Source: an uncultured archaeon (GTDB taxonomy: Archaea > Asgardarchaeota > Lokiarchaeia > Sigyniarchaeales > SOKP01). Taken from it: a stretch of 41,750 nt of DNA. Position 1 is the stretch's first letter; the number at the start of each line of letters is the position of its first letter. Made by a program: the position numbers and the translations under genes. The stretch spans positions 1 to 41,750 of the forward strand of contig CAZWEM010000044.1 in NCBI GenBank assembly GCA_964632315.1. Reading direction: 5' to 3'. This document shows, one piece after another, positions 1-8,268 of this stretch. The notes beneath the pieces are model-generated. The model was not told where the DNA came from, made no database searches, and saw nothing but the letters and a program-made list of their open reading frames with translations.

Positions 1-262
1 TCGGCGAAGGATCCATTGACAATCCGTCCTTTACCTTTTCAGCTACAAAAGAAGTCGCTGCAGGCATGCTATTTGGCGAAGTAGAACTTGCTTAAAATCT
101 AAGCAGTGCTAAAACGCCACGAGTGCCTATATGGCAGGTGACATCACGGTCGAAGGTAACCTTCAAGACGCCATGGCCTTTCAAGAGATATGATCTGAGA
201 GTTTCTCTCGATTGACTCACATTGAACTGGCCTTGGAAGCTCTTGAAGACATGCTTGATTAA
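1..262 (+). CDS. SCP2 sterol-binding/lipid-transfer domain protein, copy A (5'-partial; spliced join(<1..84,114..190,221..262))
   Basis: Not in the ORF track. From nt 3, after removing 85..113 and 191..220, it reads GEGSIDNPSFTFSATKEVAAGMLFGEVDATSAYMAGDITVEGNLQDAMAFQEIIELALEALEDMLD*. This has the SCP2 C-terminal motif (G.vd...A.M.G.i.veG.l..A) and is collinear with copy B. Confidence 0.88.
85..113 (+). other. Putative BHB-type mRNA intron A1 (29 nt) in SCP2 copy A
   Basis: AACTTGCTTAAAATCTAAGCAGTGCTAAA is absent from copy B at the homologous codon and has an in-frame TAA at 93-95. Outer helix UGGCG(74-78)/CGCCA(115-119), central helix AAGU/GCUA (3 of 4 pairs), bulges AG|A and AA|A, internal hairpin UGCUUA-AAAUC-UAAGCA. 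Removal gives GTA G|AC GCC (V-D-A). Confidence 0.85.
131..258. repeat. 128-bp perfect inverted repeat, arm 1 (partner 1337..1464)
   Basis: 131..258 is the exact reverse complement of 1337..1464 (3' ends of the two SCP2 genes including the shared intron). Near-identity extends about 14 nt further, past the stop codon. Confidence 0.92.
191..220 (+). other. Putative BHB-type mRNA intron A2 (30 nt) in SCP2 copy A
   Basis: TGATCTGAGAGTTTCTCTCGATTGACTCAC begins with an in-frame TGA. Outer helix UUCAA(180-184)/UUGAA(222-226) extended by GGCC/GGCC, central helix GAGA/ACUC (3 of 4 pairs), bulges UA|U and AC|A, internal hairpin GAUC-U-GAGAG/CUCUC-GAUU. Removal gives QEI|IELALE. The junction could be shifted 1 nt (190..219) with the same protein. 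Confidence 0.8.
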
Positions 263-275
263 TTCAGTCTTTGAA

Positions 276-318
276 AAGAAAAGGATAAGATTTTAAACCT
301 TCTTTACATTTTTTTTTA
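276..318 (+). terminator. Probable terminator of SCP2 copy A
   Basis: Imperfect AAAGAAAAGG...CCTTCTTT hairpin followed by a 10-T run just after the stop codon. Confidence 0.45.
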
Positions 319-815
319 TCTCTACTATTTTTTAATATTATAATGAAATTAAAAAAGATTATAACTAACACAATATTAACTCGGAGGATACTCTTTCTAT
401 TAAATCTAATTTAACAACTTACTTCCTTAAACTGCGAAATATGCTGATGGATTTATTTGTAAAGATCATTTATTATTTAATTTGTTTAAACAGGATTTAT
501 TTAAATTAAAAAGGTGGGGGTTTATATATCCTCAGCAATAAAAAGTGGTAGCATAACATTATATCCAGCTCGTATCATTGTCCTCGATGCCATTTGCTTT
601 GGATCTATGAAAAACATTCCAGTATATATTGTAAGCTTAGTTTTGATTAAAAAATGATACATCTGCTGGAGAAAGAGGACATTATCGCAAATGAGGAATT
701 AAATGGCAATATTCAAACTCTGGACGATTATGGTGATGATTTCGTGTCTATGATACCCTTAATTATCGAATAGTAAAAAATTATAGTAAAAAGACATATA
801 GTAAAAAAACATTAA

Positions 816-1145
816 TTGGTATTGAAGATGGGTAAAAAAATATACAAAACCATATGGAGAAATAAATGGATTACTGCAGGAGCGAAATCCATAGATGATT
901 TCATAAACACTTTTGAGGGATTAGCAAATCATTTTCGAGAGTGGAAAGAATTAGGGATAACATTAGAAGAAGATGGCGGAGTTATAGATGATTATGCCAC
1001 ATTCTCTACTGATGATATGGATGTGGCTATTAAAGCAGGTTTTACCTTTTATTTTGGCGATAATAGAGAAAAGGAGTATCTCCTTACAATTGATGATGAA
1101 GAGATTGAAGTTCCCAAAGAAAAGCTAATGCAACACAAAAAATAA
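816..1145 (+). CDS. Hypothetical acidic protein (start may be ATG 828)
   Basis: 109-aa ORF with natural composition; no family recognised. Confidence 0.75.
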   Translation: MVLKMGKKIYKTIWRNKWITAGAKSIDDFINTFEGLANHFREWKELGITLEEDGGVIDDYATFSTDDMDVAIKAGFTFYFGDNREKEYLLTIDDEEIEVPKEKLMQHKK

Positions 1146-1332
1146 CGCTCTGAATATTTTATTCTCTTCTTTTAGTGCTCCTTTTGAAAAAGTGGATAAT
1201 TAAAATTTAACGCTTTATGCAAATCTCTGTAAATTGGTAATGATATTTGAAAATTTTAAAAAAAAATAAATTATTTCTTTTTTTCCAAGCGTATTAAGTA
1301 TTATTAGAAAAAAAAGAATTCGAAAGACTGAT

Positions 1333-1820
1333 TTAGTCAAGCATGTCTTCAAGAGCTTCCAAGGCCAGTTCAATGTGAGTCAATCGAGAGAAACTCTCAG
1401 ATCATATCTCTTGAAAGGCCATGGCGTCTTGAAGGTTACCTTCGACCGTGATGTCACCTGCCATTTACGCGATTAGCACGATTTGTTCTAATTATACGCA
1501 GAGGTGGCATCAACTTCACCGAAAAGCATTCCAGATCCAACTTCTTTCGTGGCAGAGAACGTGAAGGACGGATTGTCCACGTCGCCTTCACCGAATTCCA
1601 TGGTCCCATCATGTGCTTTAAGCCAGAACTTCTTATCGGCATCGGTGATAACCATTTGGATTACAATGTCCATGTCCTCTAACTCTTCTTTCAAGTCTTC
1701 ATTCTCTTCTGCGATCTGCTTGAAAAGCTCGAATACCTTTAAGGTATCCATTACATCAGATGCGGCAGCGCCGGCATCCATTTTTTCTTTCACTTCATTC
1801 ATTAATGCTTCGTCTACCAT
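1333..1820 (-). CDS. SCP2 sterol-binding/lipid-transfer domain protein, copy B (spliced complement(join(1333..1374,1405..1464,1494..1820)), 142 aa)
   Basis: The ORF track truncates it at ...DATSAYN* (1488). Removing 1465..1493 and 1375..1404 continues it as DATSAY-MAGDITVEGNLQDAMAFQEI-IELALEALEDMLD*, completing the SCP2 fold. Confidence 0.9.
1337..1464. repeat. 128-bp perfect inverted repeat, arm 2 (partner 131..258)
   Basis: Direct base-by-base comparison. Confidence 0.92.
1375..1404 (-). other. Putative BHB-type mRNA intron B2 (30 nt), identical to A2
   Basis: Same sequence, position and fold as 191..220; begins with an in-frame TGA. Confidence 0.8.
1465..1493 (-). other. Putative BHB-type mRNA intron B1 (29 nt) in SCP2 copy B
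   Basis: AATTAGAACAAATCGTGCTAATCGCGTAA sits between TAT and ATG, where copy A reads TAT ATG contiguously (128-133). In-frame TAG. Central helix GCGU/GCGU (2 G-C, 2 G-U), bulges AU|A and AA|A, internal hairpin AUUAG-a-AC-AAAUC-GU-g-CUAAU. The outer helix is relaxed (UGCCA/UGGCA or CACCU/AGGUG). Confidence 0.85.
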
Positions 1821-2320
1821 TTTGATTTATCGACCTTTTAATCTTATTTTGAAGTTTATAATGATTTGTAAGTATTCATCCCAAAGACAAATACTATTTA
1901 ATATAAGATATATCAATATAAAAAGGTTATATTTCTCATGCTCTTTATTTCCCGTTATGATGAGAGATTTTGCGAGGAATTGGGGTTTTTTGCCAAAAAA
2001 GTACGAAATTTAAGATTGAGAAAAGATTTTGTCGAGCTTTTAAAGATATTTGGTATAGTCTGTAGACTTAATCGTGATCTTCTAATTCACATTTGCACTA
2101 AGAAATTTTTTACATTATTTTATCATATAATTGTTAGTTTAAAAACAAAATGTTATCTACTTTTTCAAATGAGAGCACCATGGAGGAGGGATAAAAAATA
2201 AGGATGATATAACTAGATTTTTTTCCCACGCTTGCGACAAGAATGAATAAGAAAATTTTCTTTCAAATTTATTTTTAAATAAGAGTCATCTTTGAAAGCA
2301 TTTTCTTCGACTTTGAATAG

Positions 2321-3559
2321 TTATACTTGTACTTGGATGAATTTATAGACTTTATCATTTTTTTTCACGGGTTTGTCCACTAGAATACCCACAGCGAGGC
2401 GTTTATTCTTTCCAGTCATATTTGGAGTTTCGGTCAGGTTCTTTTTTTGTTTGATTTGAATGGAATTCACTTCTTGTCGTAAGTAGGTATCTGTTTTCGT
2501 GCCAATAATAAAAATTTCATCTTTTAACCGTAATCTATCCTTAGTAAGCAAGATTTTAGCGGCTTTTTTTTCTGGAAAGTAGTTTAATACCTTTCCTATT
2601 TCAACTTTTTTGAACTCCGAGACGTTTCCATCGATTTCTCGCTGAATTTCGCTTCCTTTAGGCATGCCAAAATAAAAACCCGTTGAAAATCCACGATTAT
2701 AAACTTTTGCTAAACGTTGCATCCATTCACTTGTTTTAAATTCGTCATAAGACCCATCATAATAGGAATCGATGGCTTCTCTATAGCAGCTCGTCACCTC
2801 TTCAATGTAAATTGGATCCCTCATTCTGCCTTCTATTTTAAATGCGTCAATATTCGCTTCAATCAGTTGAGGAATATGTTCAATCATGCATAAATCTTTA
2901 GTGTTAATGAAGAAAACGCCATCATAGAGCAGTTCATTATTTTCAGCATCAAAAACTCTCCAAGTTCGTCTACATGGTTGCACGCATTTACCTCTATTAG
3001 CAGAGTATCCTTGGTCACCACATAGTTCCGCAGAAAAATAGCATCTTCCCGAAATAGATGTACATTGAGCACCATGCACGAAACATTCGATTTCAACAGT
3101 CGACTTATTTTTTATTTCTTTGATTTGATTAAGAGACAATTCTCGAGCTAAAATTAATCTTTGAGCACCTAAATCTTGATAAAATCGAGCAGATTTGGAA
3201 TTTGAAATGCTTGCTTGGGTTGAAACGTGAAATTGTAATCCCTTTTCCTTTATTAATTCTATTGCTCCAATATCATGAACAATTATTCCGTCAATTTCTG
3301 CTTCAACGGCGCGATCAAGTATCTTGTTTAGCATATCGAATTCATTTTCATAAATGATGACATTTGTCGTAAGATAGGCTTTAATTCCATTATCGTGGCA
3401 AAATTTGCATATTCTTCCTAAATCTTCCTGCTTGAAATTATCGCTAAACATTCGCATGTTCAATCCTTCAAGACCGAAATAGACTGAATTTGCATTTCCT
3501 AAAATCGCATTTAATGATTTAAAATTTTTTAAAGGTGCAAGTAATTCTACTTTTTTCAT
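2321..3559 (-). CDS. Peptidase U32 family protein (Fe-S, TrhP/RlhA-like RNA hydroxylation family)
   Basis: ELLAP N-terminus, HVSTQAS, ILARELSL, E.FVHGAQC.S.SGRC, NRG.CVQPCR and FKIEGRMR motifs. Confidence 0.92.
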   Translation of the reverse strand: MKKVELLAPLKNFKSLNAILGNANSVYFGLEGLNMRMFSDNFKQEDLGRICKFCHDNGIKAYLTTNVIIYENEFDMLNKILDRAVEAEIDGIIVHDIGAIELIKEKGLQFHVSTQASISNSKSARFYQDLGAQRLILARELSLNQIKEIKNKSTVEIECFVHGAQCTSISGRCYFSAELCGDQGYSANRGKCVQPCRRTWRVFDAENNELLYDGVFFINTKDLCMIEHIPQLIEANIDAFKIEGRMRDPIYIEEVTSCYREAIDSYYDGSYDEFKTSEWMQRLAKVYNRGFSTGFYFGMPKGSEIQREIDGNVSEFKKVEIGKVLNYFPEKKAAKILLTKDRLRLKDEIFIIGTKTDTYLRQEVNSIQIKQKKNLTETPNMTGKNKRLAVGILVDKPVKKNDKVYKFIQVQV

Positions 3560-3656
3560 CTTAAATTAGATATGAGTATTGATTTGTGTTTCGATCATGA
3601 AGAGATCGTGTTATTAAGGAAAAATAAATAAAAAGAATAAAAAAAGATATTGGTTA

Positions 3657-5375
3657 TTAAAATGCTGTAAAGTATAGATAAAACAGTAATGCCCCAATAA
3701 CGAAAAATACCACTGCTAAGATATACGTGATATGCTTCGCATAATTCTTGTAAGTTTTACCCTTCATTGTTTCCAGTCTATCGATCTGAATATAAGGACT
3801 TGGACCACGACGGTACCAACCTTGTATCCTCACTCTTTGATTTATCAAGCGATTGACTTTGGTGATTGCCCAGAAGAAATCAACGATCCCTAATCCAAAC
3901 CGGTAATCGATGTACATTAGTCCGGTGTTATCTTGAAAGAATAAATCATCGCTGAAATAATAGCCGGGTGCTCCTTTTCCTATTATTGTTCCCTCAACTA
4001 TTGTCGGAATTGGTCTCACTGGAGAAACATTGATTTGAGTAACTAAATCCACGACGTTTTTTGGATCGAATCCACTACGATACATGAATCTTGTACGTGC
4101 GATTGCTGCAAATCCCATTACATAAAACCCAATTGCCCACATTAATGCTAGGTTACTAAGAGTAATGATCGTTCCTATTGGTAGCAATCCGATGAATGCA
4201 AAGAACCATACTATTGTGAATGCAACAAAAACCCAGAATACGATAGATGGAAGGTTTTTAATAATGATATCTGTGAGAAATTCTCCAGCCATTGATTTCC
4301 CAACTTGCTCTTCCTTTATTTTACGAGCTCCTGAAAAATCGATCTCAACAGGAACCTTATATAGAGCACACTGTTCATTTAATGCTTTTATTCTCTTTGC
4401 GGGAAGAGGATGCGTACTGAAAAATTGGAAATATCTTGCCCAGGGATTATACAAGTCCCATCCTGCAGCTGCTTGAATAACTTCTTTGGAATAATTTCCC
4501 TCACCATCAATACCTTGAACTGCTAGTTGTTGGGCTTTTTTAGGATCGAAAATTCCCAACCCCCGAAGTGCTCTTACTTTTGATTTATTTCTCTCTTTTA
4601 CATCAATACCAGGTTGTACTGCTACTAATCCATATGCTATTTTTACTAATGCTGTCGATAAATAATTTGGGTTTTCTAAGACTTCAGCAGAATGTTGGTC
4701 AGCATAATATTCCCTAATTCTACTTACAAACAAAGAGACTAAGTATCCTATGTAATATGAAATCCAAGAGATGAGTGAAATTACAATAAGTCCTAACCCG
4801 ATGTAACCACTAGAATTATTTTTGCTGGATTTTGAGAAACTTGAAAATCGAGCTGCATAATAGGACCATCTTGCAATCGTAAGAAGGATGAGAGGAATTG
4901 CGAATACAACTGTCATTAAAATAAAATCATTATGAACAACATGGCCTAATTCGTGAGCAACTACTGCAGATTGTTCCTTCTTATTGAGATGATCTAAGAT
5001 GCCTCTAGTGATTACAACTCGAGCGCTATTTTTTGTCCATCCAAAAGTAAACGCGTTAGGATTTCCATCGTCAATAATTCCAAAAGTTGGTGTTTTGATA
5101 TCTTGCACTTCAACCACTTTGTCGATCATGTTTCCTAAATGTGGGTATATAGAAGCAAATTCTTCATATGAAATCCACTCAATCCGATAAATCCATCGTA
5201 TAATGAATGGAGAAATTCCGTATTGAAAAAGTACGATAAGAATGGTGAAACCTATCATTAGAGTTAAACCAAGCCAACCACCCGGTAAGAACCATACTCC
5301 GATAGTAAAAACTACAGCATATATCAGAGCAAACAAGAATAATATAGCGAATGTAGATGCTAATCGCAAACCCAT
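3657..5375 (-). CDS. htpX: M48 family zinc metalloprotease (HtpX-like) with C-terminal membrane extension
   Basis: PNAFTFG, AHELGH, SR.REYYAD and FSTHP...RI motifs; transmembrane helices. Confidence 0.88.
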   Translation of the reverse strand: MGLRLASTFAILFLFALIYAVVFTIGVWFLPGGWLGLTLMIGFTILIVLFQYGISPFIIRWIYRIEWISYEEFASIYPHLGNMIDKVVEVQDIKTPTFGIIDDGNPNAFTFGWTKNSARVVITRGILDHLNKKEQSAVVAHELGHVVHNDFILMTVVFAIPLILLTIARWSYYAARFSSFSKSSKNNSSGYIGLGLIVISLISWISYYIGYLVSLFVSRIREYYADQHSAEVLENPNYLSTALVKIAYGLVAVQPGIDVKERNKSKVRALRGLGIFDPKKAQQLAVQGIDGEGNYSKEVIQAAAGWDLYNPWARYFQFFSTHPLPAKRIKALNEQCALYKVPVEIDFSGARKIKEEQVGKSMAGEFLTDIIIKNLPSIVFWVFVAFTIVWFFAFIGLLPIGTIITLSNLALMWAIGFYVMGFAAIARTRFMYRSGFDPKNVVDLVTQINVSPVRPIPTIVEGTIIGKGAPGYYFSDDLFFQDNTGLMYIDYRFGLGIVDFFWAITKVNRLINQRVRIQGWYRRGPSPYIQIDRLETMKGKTYKNYAKHITYILAVVFFVIGALLFYLYFTAF

Positions 5376-5591
5376 TATTTTTTATTGCCTCGTTTATGTT
5401 TTTTTTGAGATTGGATTATTTAAAATTATATTTATGAATTATGATATACATGTTAAACTCAGTAATTAATATTTTTATTATGTCTCTTTTGAAAATGTAA
5501 ATATCATGTGATATGATTTATTAAAGACAAAGAGTTAAAAGTTGAAATTTTTTTGGTACTATTGTAGTTTTTGATTGCTAAAGAGTGACAA

Positions 5592-6230
5592 ATGATTGAA
5601 TCGGGTGATAAAGATATGCAACTAAAATTGAAGAAATTATACAATGCTACAGATAACCTAATTGAGCAACAATTCTATTTACGCGGCACAGATACAATTA
5701 TTGGAAGAACACCCGAAATATCAATGAAGATAAAAAATTCTGGCTTGATCGTGAAAAAGTTTAAGGATCTTTTTAATAACAATCTTATATACTTCTTAGA
5801 GGGAAGTTACTTGAAGTTTTTTAAGCCTTTTACTCAAATCAAGGGAATGGATGAAAATTACATCAAGGAAATATATCAAGAGATTCAGATTAAACTTGCT
5901 GCATTACAGGATACAGAATACGATCTTGTTTTACTTTATACATTGGTATTAAGTTCTTTGATATCAAGAATAAGGGATATTCATTTTAACGACGCATTAT
6001 ATGAAATCATTGATAGAGTGAAAAATAAATTCAAGTATCTAAAAGAAAAAGAAATTCATTTAGAATTAGAAAAATTATTTATGAGAAATGATAAATACGT
6101 CTCGTTATTATACAACGTGGCATATCTTGATGCCCTAGCCGATTCTTTTCATTTCAAAAAAGTTGCTCGTACTTGTAAAATACAAAAAAGTAAGTTAATT
6201 AATCACATTGTAGATCTAATAACAGAATAA
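5592..6230 (+). CDS. Hypothetical alpha-helical protein
   Basis: 212-aa ORF; no family recognised. Confidence 0.75.
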   Translation: MIESGDKDMQLKLKKLYNATDNLIEQQFYLRGTDTIIGRTPEISMKIKNSGLIVKKFKDLFNNNLIYFLEGSYLKFFKPFTQIKGMDENYIKEIYQEIQIKLAALQDTEYDLVLLYTLVLSSLISRIRDIHFNDALYEIIDRVKNKFKYLKEKEIHLELEKLFMRNDKYVSLLYNVAYLDALADSFHFKKVARTCKIQKSKLINHIVDLITE

Positions 6231-6296
6231 ACTCAATAAGATTAATATCTACAATATTCTATTTTTAATTATAATAAAAAAAGTGATGGTGATCAC

Positions 6297-8207
6297 TTGA
6301 ACAATATTGATGATTTTCAAAAATTTGATGCAATCAAAAAGTATAGTAAGAAGAAGGTATCTACTGAGAAGGCGATAACTAAATACATCAATCCAGGAGA
6401 TAGAATTTTTATTGATTCGGGATGTGCTGAACCAATTGATCTTACTAAAAAGTTAATAGAACTTGGTCCTACACTTCCAGATGTGGAAATTTTGCATTTT
6501 CTAAGTTTGAGTGACTTGGATTATTATGAAACTGCGGGGGGAATTGAGGATTTATTTAGGCATAATGCATTCTTTATTGGCAAATCTTTACGCAAGTATA
6601 TTAAAAAGGGTCAGGCAGATTACACTCCAATGCTGTTGTCTGAAATTCCTTGGTTATTCAAGCTTGGAAAAATGCATTTAGATACTGCCCTTATTCAAGT
6701 GAGTCTCCCTGATAGATATGGATATTGCAGTTATGGGATAAATGTCGATATAGTTAAACCAATTGCCGAATCTGCTGAATTTGTAGTCGCAGAGATAAAC
6801 CCTAAGATGCCCCGAACACTGGGAGATTCATTCATTCACATGGATGATATTGATGCTTTTATAGTATCAGATCATGATGTAATAGAATTTGATTATGGAG
6901 AGCCCAATGATGAAGCTAAAAAGATAGCACAATTCGTTGCATCACTAGTGGAAGATGAATCTACCATCCAGATGGGAATCGGTGAGATTCCTAATGCAGT
7001 AACTGTTGAATTAGAAAATAAAAAAGACTTAGGAGTCCATAGTGAAGTTTTTTCTGATGGGATCGTAGATCTCGTGGAAAAAGGAGTCGTTACATGTAAA
7101 AAGAAAACCATCCATAAGGATAAAATCATTTGCTCCTTTGTTATGGGATCCAAGCGATTATACCACTTTGTTGATGATAATCCATTCGTTGAATTCCATG
7201 CTTGTGATTATACGAATGATCCTTACATTATAAGTCAAAATAAAAAGCAAGTGGCGATAAACGCAGCACTTTCCGTAGATCTTACGGGTCAAGTTAATTC
7301 TGATTCTATCGGTCACAGTTTTTATAGTGGTATTGGAGGACAAGTTGATTTTGTCCGGGGAGCTGCGAGAGCTATCGATGGGAAACCAATAATGGTCTTA
7401 CCTTCAACAGCAACTTTAGCAAACGGAGAGGTGATTTCCCGCATCGTACCTTACCTCCAACCCGGTACTGGAGTTGTTGTTACACGAGGAGATGTTCACT
7501 ATGTAGCAACCGAATGGGGAATTGCGTATTTATATGGAAAAAGTATAAGAGATCGAGTACTTGAAATGGTAAATATCGCCCATCCTGACTTTCGTGAAGA
7601 ACTTTTGGAGCATGCAAAGAAATGGAACTATGTATATTCAGATCAAAAGTTACCAGTGTCTATTGATGGAAGAATAAGTATCTACCCTGAAAAGTATGAA
7701 ACCTATTATAAAACAGAAACAGGGGAAAAGATTAAGATACGCCCTGTTAAACCTACGGATGAAAGAATGATCCAAGAACTTCACTATTCTCTTGATGAGA
7801 GAGATAGGTATCTTCGATTCTTCTCTCCAGTTCAAGATTTTCGACATAAAAAAATTCAACCAATGGTAAATATTGACTATATTAACGATATGATTCTAGT
7901 CGGCGAAGTCGAAGAGGGTAGTGAGAAAAGGATCATTGCTATAGGTGGCTTCTTTGCAACAAATAGACCTTCAGTAAGAGAATTAGCGTTTGTTGTTCAT
8001 GAAGATTGGCGTGGAAAAGGTATTACTAAATTTCTATTAAATAATTTAGTAAAAATTGGACGAGAACTGAATTATAAGAAATTTGGAGGCTCAATTCTTC
8101 TTGAAAATAAGGCCATGCTTCACATTATTGACAATGCCGGGTATAAATTAACACTCAAGAATATAGAAAGTGGTGTTTTTGAATTTATGTTTGATATAAC
8201 AAAGTAA
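6297..8207 (+). CDS. Acetyl-CoA hydrolase/4-hydroxybutyrate CoA-transferase fused to a C-terminal GNAT acetyltransferase
   Basis: QMGIGEIPNAV, LGVHSE, SGIGGQVDFVRGA and VTRGDVHYVATEWG motifs; GNAT motif ELAFVVHEDWRGKGI; GGTGA before the TTG start. Confidence 0.92.
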   Translation: MNNIDDFQKFDAIKKYSKKKVSTEKAITKYINPGDRIFIDSGCAEPIDLTKKLIELGPTLPDVEILHFLSLSDLDYYETAGGIEDLFRHNAFFIGKSLRKYIKKGQADYTPMLLSEIPWLFKLGKMHLDTALIQVSLPDRYGYCSYGINVDIVKPIAESAEFVVAEINPKMPRTLGDSFIHMDDIDAFIVSDHDVIEFDYGEPNDEAKKIAQFVASLVEDESTIQMGIGEIPNAVTVELENKKDLGVHSEVFSDGIVDLVEKGVVTCKKKTIHKDKIICSFVMGSKRLYHFVDDNPFVEFHACDYTNDPYIISQNKKQVAINAALSVDLTGQVNSDSIGHSFYSGIGGQVDFVRGAARAIDGKPIMVLPSTATLANGEVISRIVPYLQPGTGVVVTRGDVHYVATEWGIAYLYGKSIRDRVLEMVNIAHPDFREELLEHAKKWNYVYSDQKLPVSIDGRISIYPEKYETYYKTETGEKIKIRPVKPTDERMIQELHYSLDERDRYLRFFSPVQDFRHKKIQPMVNIDYINDMILVGEVEEGSEKRIIAIGGFFATNRPSVRELAFVVHEDWRGKGITKFLLNNLVKIGRELNYKKFGGSILLENKAMLHIIDNAGYKLTLKNIESGVFEFMFDITK

Positions 8208-8268
8208 ATCACTCTTTTTTAAACGTTAATTTGAATTAGGATAATTTATTGATTTAAACAGAATAAAT

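Noticed and set aside
191-193. In-frame TGA as selenocysteine or readthrough in SCP2
   Set aside because: Readthrough would add 10 residues in the C-terminal helix at a non-Cys position. The BHB fold explains it better, and the other inserts use TAA/TAG and shift the frame.
85-220. Inserts as MITEs, IS footprints or CRISPR repeats
   Set aside because: There are no convincing target-site duplications or terminal inverted repeats, no regular repeat-spacer period, and no cas or transposase genes in the window.
520-773. Short frames between the SCP2 copies (a YHCPRCH-containing frame and a ~40-aa MIHLLEKE... frame)
   Set aside because: Possibly a decayed zinc-ribbon gene, but I found no single frame and no BHB-like insert that joins the pieces.
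1-1820. SCP2 copies as simple frameshifted pseudogenes or sequencing errors
   Set aside because: The disruptions are clean 29-30 nt structured inserts, not 1-2 nt indels. One is shared by both copies, and the exons stay intact with mostly synonymous divergence.
1454-2201. ORFs 1454..1642(-), 1504..2013(+) and 1938..2201(+)
   Set aside because: These are shadow frames of the GC-richer SCP2 gene or low-complexity intergenic sequence, with no recognisable motifs.
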